NCBI RefSeq assembly: GCF_009834535.1
Contig: NC_045697.1
Location: 56,856,001-56,920,000, forward strand
Direction: 5' to 3'
Source: Camelus ferus
Lineage: Eukaryota
DNA: 64,000 bases
Of this stretch, positions 13,419 to 25,686 are shown piece after piece. Within the stretch, counting starts at the first letter, position 1, and each line of letters opens with the position of its first letter. Made by a program: the position numbers and the translations under genes. The notes under the pieces were generated by a model. That model made no database searches and was not told the DNA's origin. It worked only from the letters and a program-made list of their open reading frames with translations.

Positions 13419-13465
13419 GTATGTATGTATGTATGTATGTATGTATGTATGTATGTATGTATGTA
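13419..13465. repeat. (GTAT)n tetranucleotide microsatellite
   Basis: Read directly; it explains the TYIH repeat in ORF 13340..13531. Confidence 0.97.
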
Positions 13466-15149
13466 CGTACAAGGCTTCTGTGGCTTATGACAACAACGAC
13501 AATAACAACAACAAAACATTGGCAAATACACTATCTTCTTAGCAACAAATTAATAAAATAGAGTGAACATAAAGATACTTAAGAAAGCCAATTACCCTTT
13601 CTATTTTCTCAAGTGTATTTTTTTAATTTAATGCTTGAATATCTATATCTGAACATGTGGCCTGATAGCTACTAAGCTCAACTCAACTCAGAAATAAGGC
13701 CTTTCCTTCAAAGTTTCTTAAGAAAAAGTGGAAAGATCATTTTGTTGCATTCTTCCATTCTTGTTTCATAAAGAACAAGTCCCAAGCCCTACAAATGGCT
13801 TGTATTGGACTCCATATTTGAATTAAAGATTGCTAAACTTGAAAAAAAAAAAAGAAATAAGGGCTGGATTATCTGTAGTATTCATAATGGGTGACAGTAT
13901 CCAAGGAAGAATAAAGAAGCACCATGGAAACATTGGGCAAATTGTATACTGGCAATTTAGGTATATCCAGTCATTTAATCAATCCCCATGTCTAAAGTAG
14001 GATTAGAACACAGTGACAGGATACTTTGAACTAGGTTTCAAACACTTTTTCTCTTTTATTCTTAAAACTTTATAATGTATTAATGATTCAGCTATTACAG
14101 AATTAGATCTAAATCTTGTATTTGATCAACTTTCTCCCTTTCAGGCTATGAGGGTTTGTTCTATTTCTCATGGGTTTGATAGAAAAGAAATTTAAAAACC
14201 CTGAGGAGATTAATTAATTTTAATAAAAAAGTATCTTTATAAACAAGCACACTTTCTACCCATCAGCAAATGCATATACTCCAGTTTACTGTAGCTTCAG
14301 CAGACTCTGCACAGCCCACTTCCTGTCATCAAATGATGTTTTAAGCATTTGTCACCAGGAATATATCCAATAAAAAGATTCAGTGGCTAGTGTGGTGATA
14401 AAGTAACCAAGGTTCCAGAGCTCTTGTCCTGGTGACTGCAACAACCATTGTTGAATATTTCTGACACTTGGCATGATAAAATTTCTCCTCCAACCACTAG
14501 CAAGTAAGGACCAGATGAAAATTAAGTAAATACAGCTATTCCTGATCTTAGCCACTCCTTGACACGTGAGTAAGTCTGAACTTGGTCGCTGATATTTGTC
14601 ATACTACCTGGTGTCACAGGTGGGATTAGGATGACAAAGAAATCAAAGATTTAGGGAAAACAACACATCCTTGCCCTTAATCTTTCACCATGCTATTTGT
14701 CCAGTAGCACTTTGGATAGGAAACCAGTCCAGGAGGCTTTAACATCTAGTAATTATGGACAGAGTGTCTACATCAATCTGGCTGCTATCCAACTCAAGTA
14801 TTGTTTAAGTAAACATTTACACATGTCTTGCTGATTATCACATGCTCTGAGGTGAATCATTTTTACTTTCTTGGGTGAGTTATAGTTAGTTGGACGCAAA
14901 AAAGAACTATAAACTCAACATTTGTGAAAGAAGAGTCCAGCCTAGAATATTTTTGCCTATGCCAGATATCAGGAGGCTTCCATTTTGGATTCCTTTTGGG
15001 CTTTTGATTGAAACAGTTTCATGGAAGAAGATCACCTTCCTACTAGTTATTAACATTCATTGTCTTCTTTCCCCTGGTTAAGTAAATGGCATCAATAATT
15101 ATTTACCCAGATAAAAAGATACGATATTATTTTAAAAGATAAAAGTTCT

Positions 15150-16495
15150 AAGTTATATAAATTGGTATCAACTAGAGTTCTTCCATTTTCTTCACCACTC
15201 ATGGCATTCCCCTCATTAGCCAGCAACTTCATTAGCTCTATTTCCAAAATAGCTTCCAAATCTGCCCACATTGTTACATCACTACCATCACCAACAAAGT
15301 TCAAGGCAACATCTTTCTCTTTGACTGCTGTATATCCTCCTACATGACCTCTATGCATCTACTTCTGCTTTCTCTTAACCATTTACCAAATAGGTGATCT
15401 TTTCACAAGGAAAATTAGATCTTGCACACCCCTGTTTAAAACCTCTTAATGGTTTCTCATGCCATTTAGAAGAAAATCTAAATTCCTAACCACAGCACAC
15501 AAGGTACTATGTGATCTTCTGTTGCCTACTTTATTTTCTCTATTCCTTACTATGCTCCAGCCACACTGGTCTTATTTTTCTTTCTAAATTCCCCAATACT
15601 TTTGTTACTGAGAGGAGAGGAATAAGTTATCTTGGTTCTTAGTCACCTGAAAAAAAATGAATTTCTAACAGGAGATGGAGAGCGTGATATAAATAGATTT
15701 TATTAGTGAAGTAAAAGGCAGTAAAATATAGTACACCCCTGAGAACTGGGAGCGGGCCAATCCAAGAGAGGAAAATGGCGCTACTCCTTTGTTTTTCCTG
15801 TTTTTATATCCGGGTTTAGGGGGAGTTTTGGTGATTGACAGCTCATATTCCTTGTGCTCAGGCACGCCTATCTCTTTTTACACATTTTTACCCATGATGC
15901 ACACAGAGAAACCTACAGGAGGGGGCTCAAACTGCAATGTTAATTATACTATAATGAGCATTGGGTCAAGTAAGCCAGCTCCTTCTCTCTACTGTGCAGC
16001 CACTGCGTTCAATTCTAGCCAACTTCTTTGCTGGCCCTCATTTAGTGAAAGTAAACATTTTTGGAGCCCCTTATCCTGAGTGCAGGTGTACTGTTATTTT
16101 CTGGGTTTCTCTCTCCCCTTCCTCTCCCCTTAGCTGATGCTCATTTCTATCTAACTGCCTAATACTTCTGTAGGGAGAGTGTCTTTTTTTTGCTGTTGCC
16201 AGTATCTAAATGGTCTCCACTGGCTCTTTAAAAGGCTGATACCTTAGGGTCTCAGACCTTTGCCATCTTGTCAGTGAGGTTTCTCCTGCCCACTCAGATA
16301 CCCCCTCTCATGACATCTTTTTTGTTTGCTTCTAGGAGCTTATCAGTAACAGAATAGATACTGCTAATTTATTTCCTTATTTGTCTACTATGTAAGGTGT
16401 GTAAGGCAAATTTTCACTGTTAGCTCAGTGCCTATATCATTATCTTGGAAGTAGAAAGCATTCCATAAATATTTATTGAACTAATTAATTAATGT
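15150..16495 (+). mobile_element. L2 3' region interrupted by an LTR
   Basis: cctgtttaaaacctcttaatggtttctcatgcc, tatgctccagccacactgg and the terminus cataaatatttattgaactaattaattaatg. Confidence 0.8.
15603..16164 (-). mobile_element. ERV1-class solo LTR
   Basis: Minus strand begins TATTAGGCAGTTAGATAG (mutated TG start) and ends GTAACA. TATA-like gatataaaaa near 15805, AATAAA near 15700, TSD-like cttt/cttc flanks, and higher GC/CpG than the flanks. Confidence 0.85.
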
Positions 16496-16604
16496 CTGCA
16501 TTTATTTGCCACACTATGTATTTTATTTCCTTATATGTGATTTTTAAATTTCAACTTGTATTGTTACTACCAAACTTGTCCCTCCCAACACCAATTAAAA
16601 TTAC

Positions 16605-17490
16605 TGAAAACAATACTACAAATCAACAATGAAAAAAGAGATAACTCAGTTAAAAATGGGCAAGTTGGTAAATAGAAATTCTCTGCAAAGAAGACATATA
16701 GATGATCAACAAGCCCAGGAAGGGATGTTCAACGTCATTACTCATTAAAGGAATGCAAATCAAAGCCACAGTGAGATACCATTGCACACACACTGGGATG
16801 GCTATAATCAAAAAGACATGTAACAACAAATGTTGGCAAGAATGTTGAGAAAATTGAACATTCATAAACTATTGGCAAAGTAAAATGCTGTAGCCATAAT
16901 AGAAAACATTTTTGTTCTCACAATGTTAAAAGAGTTACCATATGACACAGCATTTCCACTTACAGTTATATACTAAAAAGAAATGAAAATACATTTCTAC
17001 AAAATCTTGTATATGAGTATTCAAGGCAGCATTATTCATAGTAGCCAAAAAGCGGAAACAAAACATAAAATGATGAATGAATAAACAAAGAATGATATAT
17101 ACATTCAATAGAAATTTTTTTTAGCAATACAAAGGAATGAAGTACTGATGCATGCTATAGATAATAGGAAAGACATTTGAAACCATTATTTAATGAAGGA
17201 AGCCAGTCACAAAAGACCACATATGGCATGATTTCACTTACTTAAAATGTGCCAAACAGGCAAATCAAAAAAGACAAAAAATAGATTAATAGTTTTCAGA
17301 GTCTAGGGGGAAAGGAAAATGGGCAGTGACTGGTAATGTGTATGAAATTTCTTTTTGTGGTGATAAAAAGCTCCCTAAAATAAGACAGAAGTGGTGTTAG
17401 TACAACTTTGTGAATATACTAAAAAACAGTAAATTTTACTTTAAAAGGGTGAATTTTGTAGTTTGCGAATTATATATCAAAAATGCTATA
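16605..17490 (+). mobile_element. L1 (L1MB-like) ORF2 C-terminus plus 3' UTR
   Basis: aaagaagacatatagatg..gaatgcaaatcaaagccacagtgagatacca..gaagccagtcacaaaagaccacatat..ctttaaaagggtgaatttt. Confidence 0.9.
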
Positions 17491-18039
17491 AGTAATCAGA
17501 TTTCTTTAAAAAGAAAAAAAATGAAGGATATAAGGTCCATCTTGTTTTTTTCAGCATAGCTAAGATAATCTGATAATTTAAATAAAATGAAAAATGAAAC
17601 CAATCAACAAAGTAAGCTAAGATCTTTACTAAATTATAGAGTGAGCAAAAGATTCAAAGGAAAATGAAAAATTTGCAACATTCCATTTGCAAAAGATTTC
17701 AGTACGATTATAGCTAAGGTTTCTGTGCTATTCCCTTTCTTATCTTGTAAATTAACTAACTATATGGCAACTGCAGAAGCCTGCAACTGCATCTGGATTC
17801 CTTGGTTTATTGGATCCAGAAACACTTAACTTCTTGACATACTGGCTTTTCTAGGTCAATCAAAAACCAAGCCAAACAAACATTCAACTTCTACCAAGGA
17901 TCCTTCTATAAATTACTCTTTCCTGTCTTAAGATAAGGCACATTTGAGATTAATAAAACAGTAATAGTGTCCGAGAAAATGAAGATCTCACCATTAAAGC
18001 AATATCCTCTTTAATCATTATAATAAGCAATTAAAATTA

Positions 18040-18275
18040 CATATTAATATTTGTTTCATATTTATTTTGAGTTTTGGAATATTCTAAACAATCTACTTGT
18101 ATTTTCTCACTTAATCTTCAAAAGAATTCAGTGAGTTCACTATTATAATCTCTATTTAAAAAATAGGATGCACAAAGAGAATAAAAAAATTACTAAGGTC
18201 ACATAATTAGTAAAAGACAGAACAAGGCTGTGAACTTACAGCATCTGACTCATAGCATCATGCCATTATATTTCC
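18040..18275 (-). mobile_element. MIR SINE
   Basis: ttctcacttaatcttcaaaag...ctaaggtcacataattagtaa...atctgactc. Confidence 0.65.
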
Positions 18276-18360
18276 CATGTGCACATAACTAATAATGTTC
18301 TGTATGGTGAATATAACATTCATTCAATGAGAATTACACACTGATTAGATGTGGGATATG

Positions 18361-18372
18361 GCCCTCTAGTGG
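18361..18372 (-). promoter_or_regulatory. Candidate CTCF binding site
   Basis: Minus strand CCACTAGAGGGC is an exact match to the CCASYAGRKGGC core. Confidence 0.5.
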
Positions 18373-21300
18373 GACATTTACTCACTAGGTCTGGATGCTT
18401 CAGTTTTGTTGGCCAACATGTGTCTTTTGCATTACTGACTCCATCTCTACAAAACAAGAGGAGCTAAGATCAGTCATTAGGTTTAAATAAATTATTTAAA
18501 AATAGCATGATTCTTTGCATTTCATTTTCTATATGGAATCATCTAGACTCTTGCTACAAGGTAATAAAAAGTAGGGCACCATGAATATCAAGGGGCATGG
18601 AGTAGCCCATGTTTGAAGATAAGGACAGAAGAGTTTCCCCATATACAATCCTTTGTACAACTACTATAAATGAAGTTGGTGACAAATTAAAAAACTGGGT
18701 GTGTCCCTTATAAGTACTCGAGGGTGTGTTTGCAGTTTGGGAAAGTGGATTACTTTGCTTGATTGAGCTTTCTTTGAATATGTTTTTCAGCTTCCATTTC
18801 TTAAAGGACACTAAATTTTACAGTTATTTAGATCCCATTTGTTTGCTTAAAGTATTATTGTCTTAAGGACTCTGATAATTGTACCTTCTCCATCTGACAG
18901 CCTTCCCCTTATGGTATCTGGTTAAAAAAAAAAAAAAAACCCTATTTTGCCCTCTGTAGAAAAATGCACCTTTCAAGTTCAAAAATATTTAAAACTTAAA
19001 TTATGCATATAAGTAATCAGTTTATAAAATCTGATGTGGGGAATACAATAGTCCTTGTAGAGACCATAGGATTAAGTGTTCATCTATTTCTTAGAAGAGA
19101 TCAATGTCTGGAATTAAGAATGCATGTAAATTAACCTTTAAATTGTACTCTGGAATTCGAAAGAATTTAGAAACCATAGTGTCAGTATAATTTTATAACT
19201 TAAGGCACATATCTAATTTCTAATAAACTACTTTTGAATGTTTTATAATAAGCTGTATTTGTCATATTAAATCACAAAAATATTCCTCATAGATTAGGTA
19301 AGTACTAAATTTACTACTTATGGTAAAATTAAAATGGGCTAAAGTTTACTGTGATAAGAAGAAAAATTTTCTAAGAAGTTGGGAACATGTATAGAAAGTT
19401 TACCTATGAATATACAGAATACAAATAAAAGCTAGCATTTTTTCAAGGGTAAATATCTCAAATCTGAGATACTACATTTTCATGGCTAAATTTTCTAATT
19501 GATTTATGTAAAATTAAATTTTTTAAAATGGATTGGAGTAGAAACAATTTGAACTTTGTGCTTTTAAACAGTAAATTAGACATCATTATAGATTCCTCAT
19601 TTTAAATTTGCCTGAAAGATGATTATAATTTAGGATGGTTTATGATAGGAATCAGAATTAAAAGTAAAAAATAAATTGATATAATACAGACATATTGGGA
19701 TATTGAATGGAATTCTACTTGGCATATTAAATCATTTTAAAATAAGAATTTTTTGTCCTGCTTTATCAGAAGAATCCATTCCATACACAAATCACACTCC
19801 TGCATTTCACTTTCCTACTATCGTCCTAACTCATAAAAAATGCCTAATTATTTTCAAGCATTTAATAACTTCTCAATAACAAAAAGAAATAATTTTTATG
19901 GAACACTAACACATTGATCTAAGAGTACTTCCCTTCTTTAGAGTCCCTTCCGTACTGCTCTTTTAATAACACTTTGTGGCAGGTTCGTATCTGCTAAATC
20001 AACTGCTGGATGGGTAGAGAAAACATAAGGAATTTGTTGAGAGACACCTTGTCTCAGTGTCAGTGTGGTGCACACCATTAATTTGATAGGGAAGGTGTCT
20101 TGCCCTTTTTACTCTGATAAGTTTCAGAGTGTCAGTGACATACATCATAGTTTTCCATTAGAGAGACAAAAAAAAAAAAAAGGCTACAGATTAGAAATTT
20201 ATATTTTATCACACAGATTATTGGAAGTGCTTGAATGTCCTTGAAATGTATAAATTATGTCTTGCCTTTAAATTAGACATTTTTAAGGCTTCATTAATGA
20301 AATTAATAGTAGAGTGTTAAATAAAGCCCAATAAAAATTTCACTTGAATAGATGCATAGATTTCCCAATTACCAATTTTATTTGACCAGATGCATTCAAT
20401 TAGTTTGGATTCCCTCTGAACAAACTCTGAACATTATCTACAACTTTCGAACAGGAAGGTCTGTAATGAGTGCTTTCATTCTGGAGAAGCTGAAGTAGAA
20501 TTAATGGGGTTATATACTTATTTGTATAACCAGAGAAATTAACAGCAAAATCAACAATCATAAGAATTCAGGACTACCTTAATTAAAACATAAACTATTT
20601 CACAAAAATGACTAACATTGTTTCACAAAAATATGGTTTGGCTATTAAATTTTTAATAACAGAATAGTATATACCCAGAGTTATAGGCAGACAATGCATT
20701 ACCTATAATATCACCTGTTTCAAGTGTTAGTATAAAATGGAATAAAAATAATTGCATGTACATTTAATTTATTCATTGTATGCTTCCTATAGCTTCCGGC
20801 TTCTTTTGCCTACCTTCTTCTCATTATTGACAAGTTAAGTAATCTACATAGACTGCATGCAGATTACTCATTTTCAGTTTAATTCTCAACCTATTATTAT
20901 TCATTCAAATTACACTATAATGAAGTTCTTTCAAAAGTCAACTGACAACTAACTGTTGACCAATTTTGAAAATTCTACTTTCTTTCTTTCTTTTTTTAAT
21001 CTACACTTAAATTTCCCAGGGTCCTTGCTGTAGACCCCTTAATGATTTTTTCCCTTCAAATTTCTTTGGGAGAAAAGTCTCTTTACCTTTAATTCTTATG
21101 CATGAAATAGAAAACAAAAAAAGAGATAAAAAAAAGAAAATTAAAAAACTACTGAAACACACTCAATAAACAATCAACTAACTCCAGTAGGACTCTCTTG
21201 GGTAGCTATATTTTGTTACACATCTCATTGTTGTTAATTTAGAATATATACACTAAAAATTAAAAAATCAAACTCTTATAATTTTATCCCTCACTGAGAA

Positions 21301-21599
21301 CCAATGTAAATCTTTGAATGTTAATGCAGTAATACTTTTAGTGTGATATTTATCATGCTGTATTCTAATTTTTAAACAATTTTTACTGTAACACCAGAGA
21401 TGAGAGTCTCCATGTTGAAGATTCCTTTTCTTGCATTTTCCAGTCTCCAAGATGTATTACCAAATCTGGAACACTATGCTAAGTATGTATTTGATTAAAA
21501 AAATACATGAAAAAAGAATAAATAGATTATGTCCATTTATCAGGCTTTAAGTAGTATTTACATTCCTATGACCCACAAGTTTAATTTTTAATCTTTATC

Positions 21600-22000
21600 A
21601 TCAGAAATTCAAAATCACATTCTCACTGTCAATTCATTATGAATACAATTTGCAGGAAAATCAAATTCAACAGGTCCAAATCCAAGTTAACCTATTTAAA
21701 AAATAGGACATGTTTTATGTATTGTCATGGTAAACTACCTTGTATTCTAAGTGGAAAATCTGAAAACATAGCTTTGATTCCATAATTTTCCATCCCATCT
21801 TCTAAGACAATAGTTATTCTTCAGTGACACCTCTGAAATCTGGTATTACTCTCCATGACCACTATTTTGTCATTAGTTTCAACTTTATTTCTCTTTTATC
21901 TAGATTGGTATAATGATGTAGAAAAATTTCCTCATTTCTATTCTCTCCCATTTTAAATCCCTCCTCTACCATGCTCCCGCTGTTGCTTTCATAATATAGG
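21600..22000 (+). mobile_element. Highly decayed L2 fragment
   Basis: caaattcaacaggtccaaa, ctctccatgaccact and aatccctcctctaccatgct. Confidence 0.45.
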
Positions 22001-22329
22001 CATATTGGGCATAGCTAAGTACTATATTTCCCCTTATTCTTGCTGCATGAACATAACATGTATAGTTCTCTAAATCTCATTATGCTGGGAAAATGACCAA
22101 TTCCTCTTCTGGCTTTTAAAAAAATTAAAATTGAGTGTTTTATATTTCTAAAGATTAGGTGATCTTTGTGTGTGTGTTGGTAAACATATGAAATGCCATG
22201 TTACAAAAATTTTTAGTGTTTGAAGTTGATGTTTTTCAAGTATCTTTTAAATTAGACTACTTGAACTAATATTAGTTTCTAAATACCATTCACCAATATA
22301 CAGAATCAAGTTTCTGAAAGAAATTGATG

Positions 22330-23530
22330 ATTCCAATATGAGAACAGAAAAAGTTCATAGATAAGTTTGAAGTACCTTTTTGTTGCAAAAAAAAAAAAAA
22401 AACTAAATAAGTAAATACTAAAAAAATGATGGAGATGTGTCAAAACTTTGAAGGCACTAGTGTGAATGGGCTTACATTGACTAAACTGGAATAATTTGGG
22501 AATGAACATAAATGGTTATAGTAATGGGTTTTAACCCAGTAAGATTCTTTGGGACTTTCATATAAAAAGTTGTTTTTAAATAGGAAAGAAAGAAATAACT
22601 CCCTTACAGCAGAATATCAACCAATAATGGTAATAGGACTAATCATCACTTTGCAAGAATCATAGTAATGATAAATTATGGAATGAGGGATGTTAAAACC
22701 AATTAATAAAATTTTGGTGACATATAGAGTATTTATATTGTCTCAAATTACAACCCCATTCTTATTACTTAGTTATTCCACAACTAAGCAGTTAGTATAG
22801 AGAGAGAAATCTGGAGGATGCTATTTAAACAAATGATTAAAGTTTACAACACAAATATGGGACAAACTGATATCATATGCCTCTTGATATGCTGTGCTAA
22901 AGAAGAAGCACTTATGTAGTATTACTAGCCAATGTGCATATCATGAATGAAATGGTAAGGGACCAACAGACATACCCAAATGGAGGGACATTATACAAAT
23001 AAATGGCCTATGTTCTTAAAAATATCAAAATTTTGAAAGATAAAATATACTTGATAAACCAATTAAGATTAAAGTGGACAAAAGAAACATGAAAAGTAAA
23101 TTCAATGGGTGATCTTGGATAAGAAATAGTCCAAGAGGGAAACTTTGGGCAAAACTGGTAAAATGTGAGTAAAGTTATATTTTGGATTATAGTATTGCAT
23201 CAATGTCAAATTTTCTGATTTTGATAGTTGCATTATATTTATATAAATAATGTTTTTATCTTAAACACACGTTGAAGTATTTAAGATAAAGGTGTCATGA
23301 TGTTTGCAAGTTATTCTCAAGTGGTTCTGATACATATATGTATATCTATATTTATATATGTATGTATACATGTACAAATGTATATGAGAGAGAATGAGAG
23401 AGAGCCTGAGAATAACTCACATGCAGCAAAATATTTAGAAGAGGCAAATATCAGTGAAGAATATTCAGGAGTTCTTTGTACTGTGTAAACTTCTCTAAGA
23501 TTAAACTTGTTTCAAATTTTAAAAATTTTA
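22330..23530 (+). mobile_element. Old L1 3' UTR (L1MC3/4-like)
   Basis: gagaaatctgg..aaatgattaaagtt..gggacaaactgatatcat..cagacatacccaaatggagggacatt..tattgcatcaatgtcaaattttctga..ggagttctttgtact. Confidence 0.8.
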
Positions 23531-23792
23531 AAACTTTAATTATTTCTCTTTTTAGTTTCAGGGTATTATAATTTTGAGACTCAACTAGCACCATTTGAGG
23601 AAGACAGAAAAAAGGCAAGGAATTTATGAATTCAATAACAACAAAAACAACTACAAAGAGGATTAGCACTTTAAACAATTGGTAGTATAATTTAAGATAA
23701 ATACTATTGCTTGTCTGGTTACTTTTGTTACTGAAATGCTTTACTCATTTTTTATGTACAGAAAGACATTTTAAGTTAGTGAAAAGCAGTTA

Positions 23793-23827
23793 ATGATGAT
23801 GATGATGATGATAATAATAATAATAAT
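23793..23827. repeat. Compound (ATG)n/(ATA)n microsatellite
   Basis: Read directly from the sequence. Confidence 0.9.
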
Positions 23828-24299
23828 GTCTTGTTCAGCAGCAGTACTGGAATTCAGTGAGATAGAAGGGTGTGTGGCTCAGGATTTCAAAATCTTCTTT
23901 CCAATGTACAAATTGCCTAGAGGAAATCATGTCACACTAAAATTTCTAGAATGCCATTAATGAGAGCCGTGCACATTTCATGTTTATTGTATTAGTACAT
24001 ATGTTTTATAAACAATGTTTGTATCTCTTAAAATAGACTACGGTTTTATTCTATTCTAGGTAAAAGTATCAAACAGTTTGTAAAATATTGTTTCTCTAAA
24101 ATATTCTCTACATTCTGGCCTATGTTAGAAAAAACAAAAATAAGTAAAAAAATTAATCAATGAATATAATACACTAAAATTCTCAAGTAAAATGTAAGAG
24201 ATAAAAATGATTATCAATTTTAGTTAAAAAATGGTATTACATGCCAATCTCTCGCTCTCTTTTAATGTATGTGTTTTCATCTTCATGATTCAGAAATTA

Positions 24300-24980
24300 G
24301 TGTTTGCTGAACTATAATTGCCCATATAAAGTAATAGACTGAGGTGGAAAATTGACAATCATCATGCTAATTAAATCAATTAAATCAAATACTTCAATAT
24401 TCTCTTCTCATTCATATTAAATAGTATCTGAATTATTCAATTGATTGACAGCATTAGTCAAGTCATTGAGGGAAACTTGATTCTAACAACCTAACACAAA
24501 ATATTCCATATGTGATGTGGACATACTCAGTTCCACTCCCTGAAAACACCCTGTTCTGTTTTCTGATACAATGTTAGACAGAACCTGATCAGCGTGCACT
24601 TAAGCACTGCTCAAAGTTAAGCTCACAGTACTTTTTTGTCATATGAGTGATGGGAAATGCCTAACACCAGCTGTCTTTTCAGCTGTGACCTGCCATCTAG
24701 CCTGTCAAATGGCTCAATCAAAAAATCAGTATGATGTGCTTGCCCCTTCACTGAGAAAAATGCCTGAATTCATGAAGTTTTTTATTCCTCTCTGGTGGTT
24801 CACATAAAGCTGTTTTCATACAGTATTTTCTTTTCTTACTCATCTTAGCTAATGGCAGATTTATATAAGGCTTATTCTGATAGTTACTAGACACTTTACA
24901 GAGTTTTCTTGATGTATTTATTAGTGGACTCATTATATTATCTGACAGATGGCACTAAATTATCAAAGGGTCCTTTTTCT
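24300..24980. promoter_or_regulatory. Putative developmental enhancer / conserved non-coding element
   Basis: No recognisable repeat. Contains TGATTGACAG (24442-24451), CAGCTG twice (24668, 24680), CTGTCA (24702), TGACAGATGGC (24943-24953), ATCAAAGG (24962-24969) and TAAT cores. Motif evidence only. Confidence 0.45.
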
Positions 24981-25686
24981 TATTGAGTCTATTGTTTGCT
25001 AGGTCTATTTAGTTTTAGTATTCAGGTCTAAGAGATATGCAAAACAAAACAAAAGAAAACACTTTGGTTTCTTGTTAATTTCAAATCCTGAGACAACTCT
25101 GTAAAAACAAATGTAAAATCTCAAAATTGGCGTAGTGTAGGTGACCATCCCACAGATACTACATTGTGTACTTAACTTACTTTTGCAGGACCTCCATAAA
25201 AAGACATGTATTTCGTCTGCCACTTACATTTTTACTACCACTTTATAAGCAATTCACCAGCAGAATGAAAAATGAATGACTGCCATGTTTTTCTGATATT
25301 ATATGCTTAATGTTATGAATTAGGAAAGGAGTCTATTTTAACTAATATTGATAGGGACATTGAAAGTTAAGAACCATTATATTCATATGAAAAACTGCAA
25401 CAGAACTGAATATTTTGAATTCAATTATTGAATTAAATGAGCAAATGGATCCAATTCAAGTCAAATTTCTTTAACACTTTCACCTCTGAATCAGTAGAAG
25501 CTGATTCAGATCAGTGGTTTATCAAATTTTCTCCTCCTATGGAACTCAAAAAAATTTAAAAGAAAGATTTTTTTTGGCCACTTACCCAGAGATTTAGATC
25601 CTGTATGCATAGTATTAACCAATGTTTCTGTTTTCTCTATTCCAGGTACATGGAGATTTATACTTTTTAACCCACTTAAAGTTATG

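Larger units (their letters stand above)
12560..13500 (+). mobile_element. Old ERVL/MaLR-type LTR remnant interrupted by L1
   Basis: gcacttgacccaaac, gaatcctgatggtattcaagcctctgaacctag and cttagttatctgag resemble MLT1/LTR16-class LTR motifs. Confidence 0.4.
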
